Source: the human T2T-CHM13v2.0 reference genome, Homo sapiens
DNA length: 64,000 nucleotides
Reading direction: 5' to 3' (one strand)
Assembly (NCBI RefSeq): GCF_009914755.1
Contig: NC_060929.1
Positions within the stretch are counted from its first letter, which is position 1. Every line of letters begins with the position of its first letter. Positions 61,500 to 64,000 of this stretch are shown piece by piece. Below the pieces are notes generated by a model. That model saw only the letters and a list, made by a program, of their open reading frames with translations. It was not told the DNA's origin and made no database searches. Position numbers and translations under genes: made by a program.

Positions 61500-62650
61500 T
61501 CCAAAGTTTGTATCATCAGTCAGGACTTTAAAGAGTTATTATAACTATGCTCAGTGACTTAAAGAAAAGTATGTTCATACTGAATAAAAATAGAGTAAAT
61601 CTGCTGAGACATAAAAACTATAATAAAGAAAACCAAATGGAAATTCTGTTAAAATATCTGATATTGAAAAAAATCCACTGGATGGGATTAACAGCAGAGA
61701 GGAGATTGCAGAGGAAAGAATCAGTGAATTTAGGGATAAACCAAAAAATATTATACCTATGCACATCATAGCAAACTTCTCAGAAGCAACAACAAAGAGA
61801 AAATCTTGAAAGCAGCCAGAATAAAATGACACATTCACATACAGGAACAGTGATACAGACGATCACTATCTTTTCATCAGAAACAGTGAAGGCCAGAAGA
61901 GAGTGGACCATCTTTAAAGTGCTGGAAAAAAAAGGCTATCCAGAATTCTGTGTCTGATAAAATATCCTTCAAGAATAAGGAAATAAACATTTTCAGGTAA
62001 AAGAATAATTACAGAACTCATCATGAGCATATCTGTACTACAAGAAATGCTAATGGAAAAGGAAATAACATCAGATGGAAATTCAGATCTTTACGAAGTA
62101 GGGGCATACAAAATTAAAAATATCTCAGTAAATACTAAAGATTATTTTTTCTCAATTATTTTGAAATACATACAACAGTTTAAAACAAAACATTGTCTAT
62201 TGGGGTTTATTATATCTCTTGACAGAATACATATGAAAGCTATATCATAAAATGCAGGGTATGGTGAGTAGTAAATGGACCTATACAGTCTATAAAAATT
62301 TGAGTATGTATGTTTTAATACCTAGAGCAAGCACTAAAAAATGCAAAGACATATAGCTAAAAAGCCAAAAGATAAACCAAACTGTATAAGAATGTTCATA
62401 GCGGCCTTATTCATAATAACACCAAACTCTAAATAGCCCAGGTGTCCAACAAATAGGGCATACACAAATTTTGGTACCTTCCTGCAATAAGAATACCACT
62501 TAGCAATAGAAAAAAACAAAGTAACAGAATGGGTGAATTTCAAAACATGATGCTGAATGAAGACTTACACAAAAAAGTACACATTGTATCATTTCATTTA
62601 TATGAAGTATTAGAACAGCCAAAACTAATTGATGGTGGGAAAGTAGAGCA
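61500..62650 (+). mobile_element. Ancient L1M ORF1 and 3' remnants
   Basis: aaaatcttgaaagcagccaga, tcatcagaaacagtgaaggccagaagagagtgg and tttcatttatatgaagt. Confidence 0.7.
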
Positions 62651-62659
62651 AAAACACCA

Positions 62660-63000
62660 AGACTAGAGTGTGCCTAACATATTCAAGGAGTTATGAGGAG
62701 GCCAGTGGAGCTGAAGAATAGAAAGCAGACGAGAGTAGTGGAAGAGCTCATCATAGAGGAAAAAGGGATTGGTCAAAGGGAAGGACCAGATCTTGTGGGT
62801 CATTGTTAAGACTTTTTACTCTGAATGAAATGGGGTCTTTTGGGGGGCTTTGAATAGAGGAGAGACATGATCTGATTTACATTTTTCAGGGATCATATAG
62901 CTGCTCCAAGAATGGACTGTAGGGGGTCAGTAAAGGAAAAGGGAGACAATTGGGAGACTATTACATTTATCCACATGAATGATGAAGATGGCTTGAATGT
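62660..63000 (-). mobile_element. L2 fragment
   Basis: gaggccagtggagctgaag...gacatgatctgatttacattttt. Confidence 0.65.
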
Positions 63001-64000
63001 ACAAAGAGCTCAGAATGGTGCCTGGTACTCAGTAGATTTTATCTGCTGATGTTATTTAAATTCCAAATAATCAGGTTAGTTTTTAGTCATTGAATGTTTA
63101 AAAATATTCAGATATTATAATTTTAATTTTCAAGAAATATTTATTTTATGATTGCTTATTTTCCATGCTGGAATGCTACTTTATGTTTGCAATATTTTCA
63201 CAAATTTATCTTTTCTTTTGTTTCCTGAATTATCTCTTTCCTCCAAAGTTGGTTATTCTGTTTATTATTATACTTTTCTTTCATTTTCTTGGTTTTCTGC
63301 AAGTGTCTAGTAATCCTAGGTTTTCTGCTCACATTTTTATAAAATGGGTATGTTGATTAGTTTATTCATAATTAGAATGCTTTTGCTTCTGATACTTTAT
63401 TATAAAAATTTACAAGCATACAGGAAGTTAAAAAAATAGTGCAGTGAACACATGTATCTCTATCACCTAGATGCTACTGTCAACATTTCATGATATACTT
63501 GCTTTATCACTTATCCATCTATCTATTCATCCCTCTCTCTAGCCATTAATTTGTCTTTTTAAAAATACATTTCAAAGTAAATCATGACTGACTCTTCCTG
63601 TCATTGTATAAGTGGAGGTATGTTATCTGAACAGGAGGAAAGAACATGGGTCTTGGTCAGCAGATCAGGCTTTTCAGTAGTCACAATTCCCTTTAGGATA
63701 TAGGGGTGGAAAATAGACAGGCAAGCCATGGTCTCCCGTGTCCAACAGAATAATTTTATTTTTGGGAAGGACAGTGTCACTCCTGGTATACCTTTCCTCC
63801 TCTCATCTGCCTCCCGCCTTTATATCTTTTTCAAAGGCACTGTGTAACCTCAAGGTAGTCTGCAACATTTCTCTCTTATATCATGTATTTGTTAAGAGGT
63901 TAAAATTTAGCAGTTTGTAATAGAACACTCCAAATAACAGCAGCTTAAACAAGACAGGAGTTATTTCTTATGAGTGTACGTACTCCAGACTAGTTTTATG

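Overview
Human (primate) genomic DNA, AT-rich and dominated by repeats. It holds the 5' end of FAM172A (ARB2A) on the minus strand. A CpG-island promoter and non-coding exon 1 lie at ~45.6-45.8 kb, followed by a ~36.7 kb intron 1. Exon 2 (8702-8825) encodes the N-terminus MSISLSSLILLPIWINMAQIQQGGPDEKEKTTALK, and intron 2 runs off the left edge. The rest is mostly decayed transposable elements: L1 (mainly antisense to the gene), Alu (J/S/Y/Ya5), MaLR LTRs (THE1, MST, MLT1), a HERV-W LTR17, MER21, piggyBac MER75, Tigger3, L2 and MIR. Several are nested with readable target-site duplications. Family names come from my recognition of consensus sequences, not from a RepeatMasker run. I found no evidence for a wholly new biological system. 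The best leads are an L1 3' transduction, a sense-oriented solo HERV-W LTR nested in Alu and L1, a candidate TDP-43-type cryptic microexon that would add a uORF, a weak/strong two-AUG arrangement in exon 2, and a tail-less internal L1 insertion.
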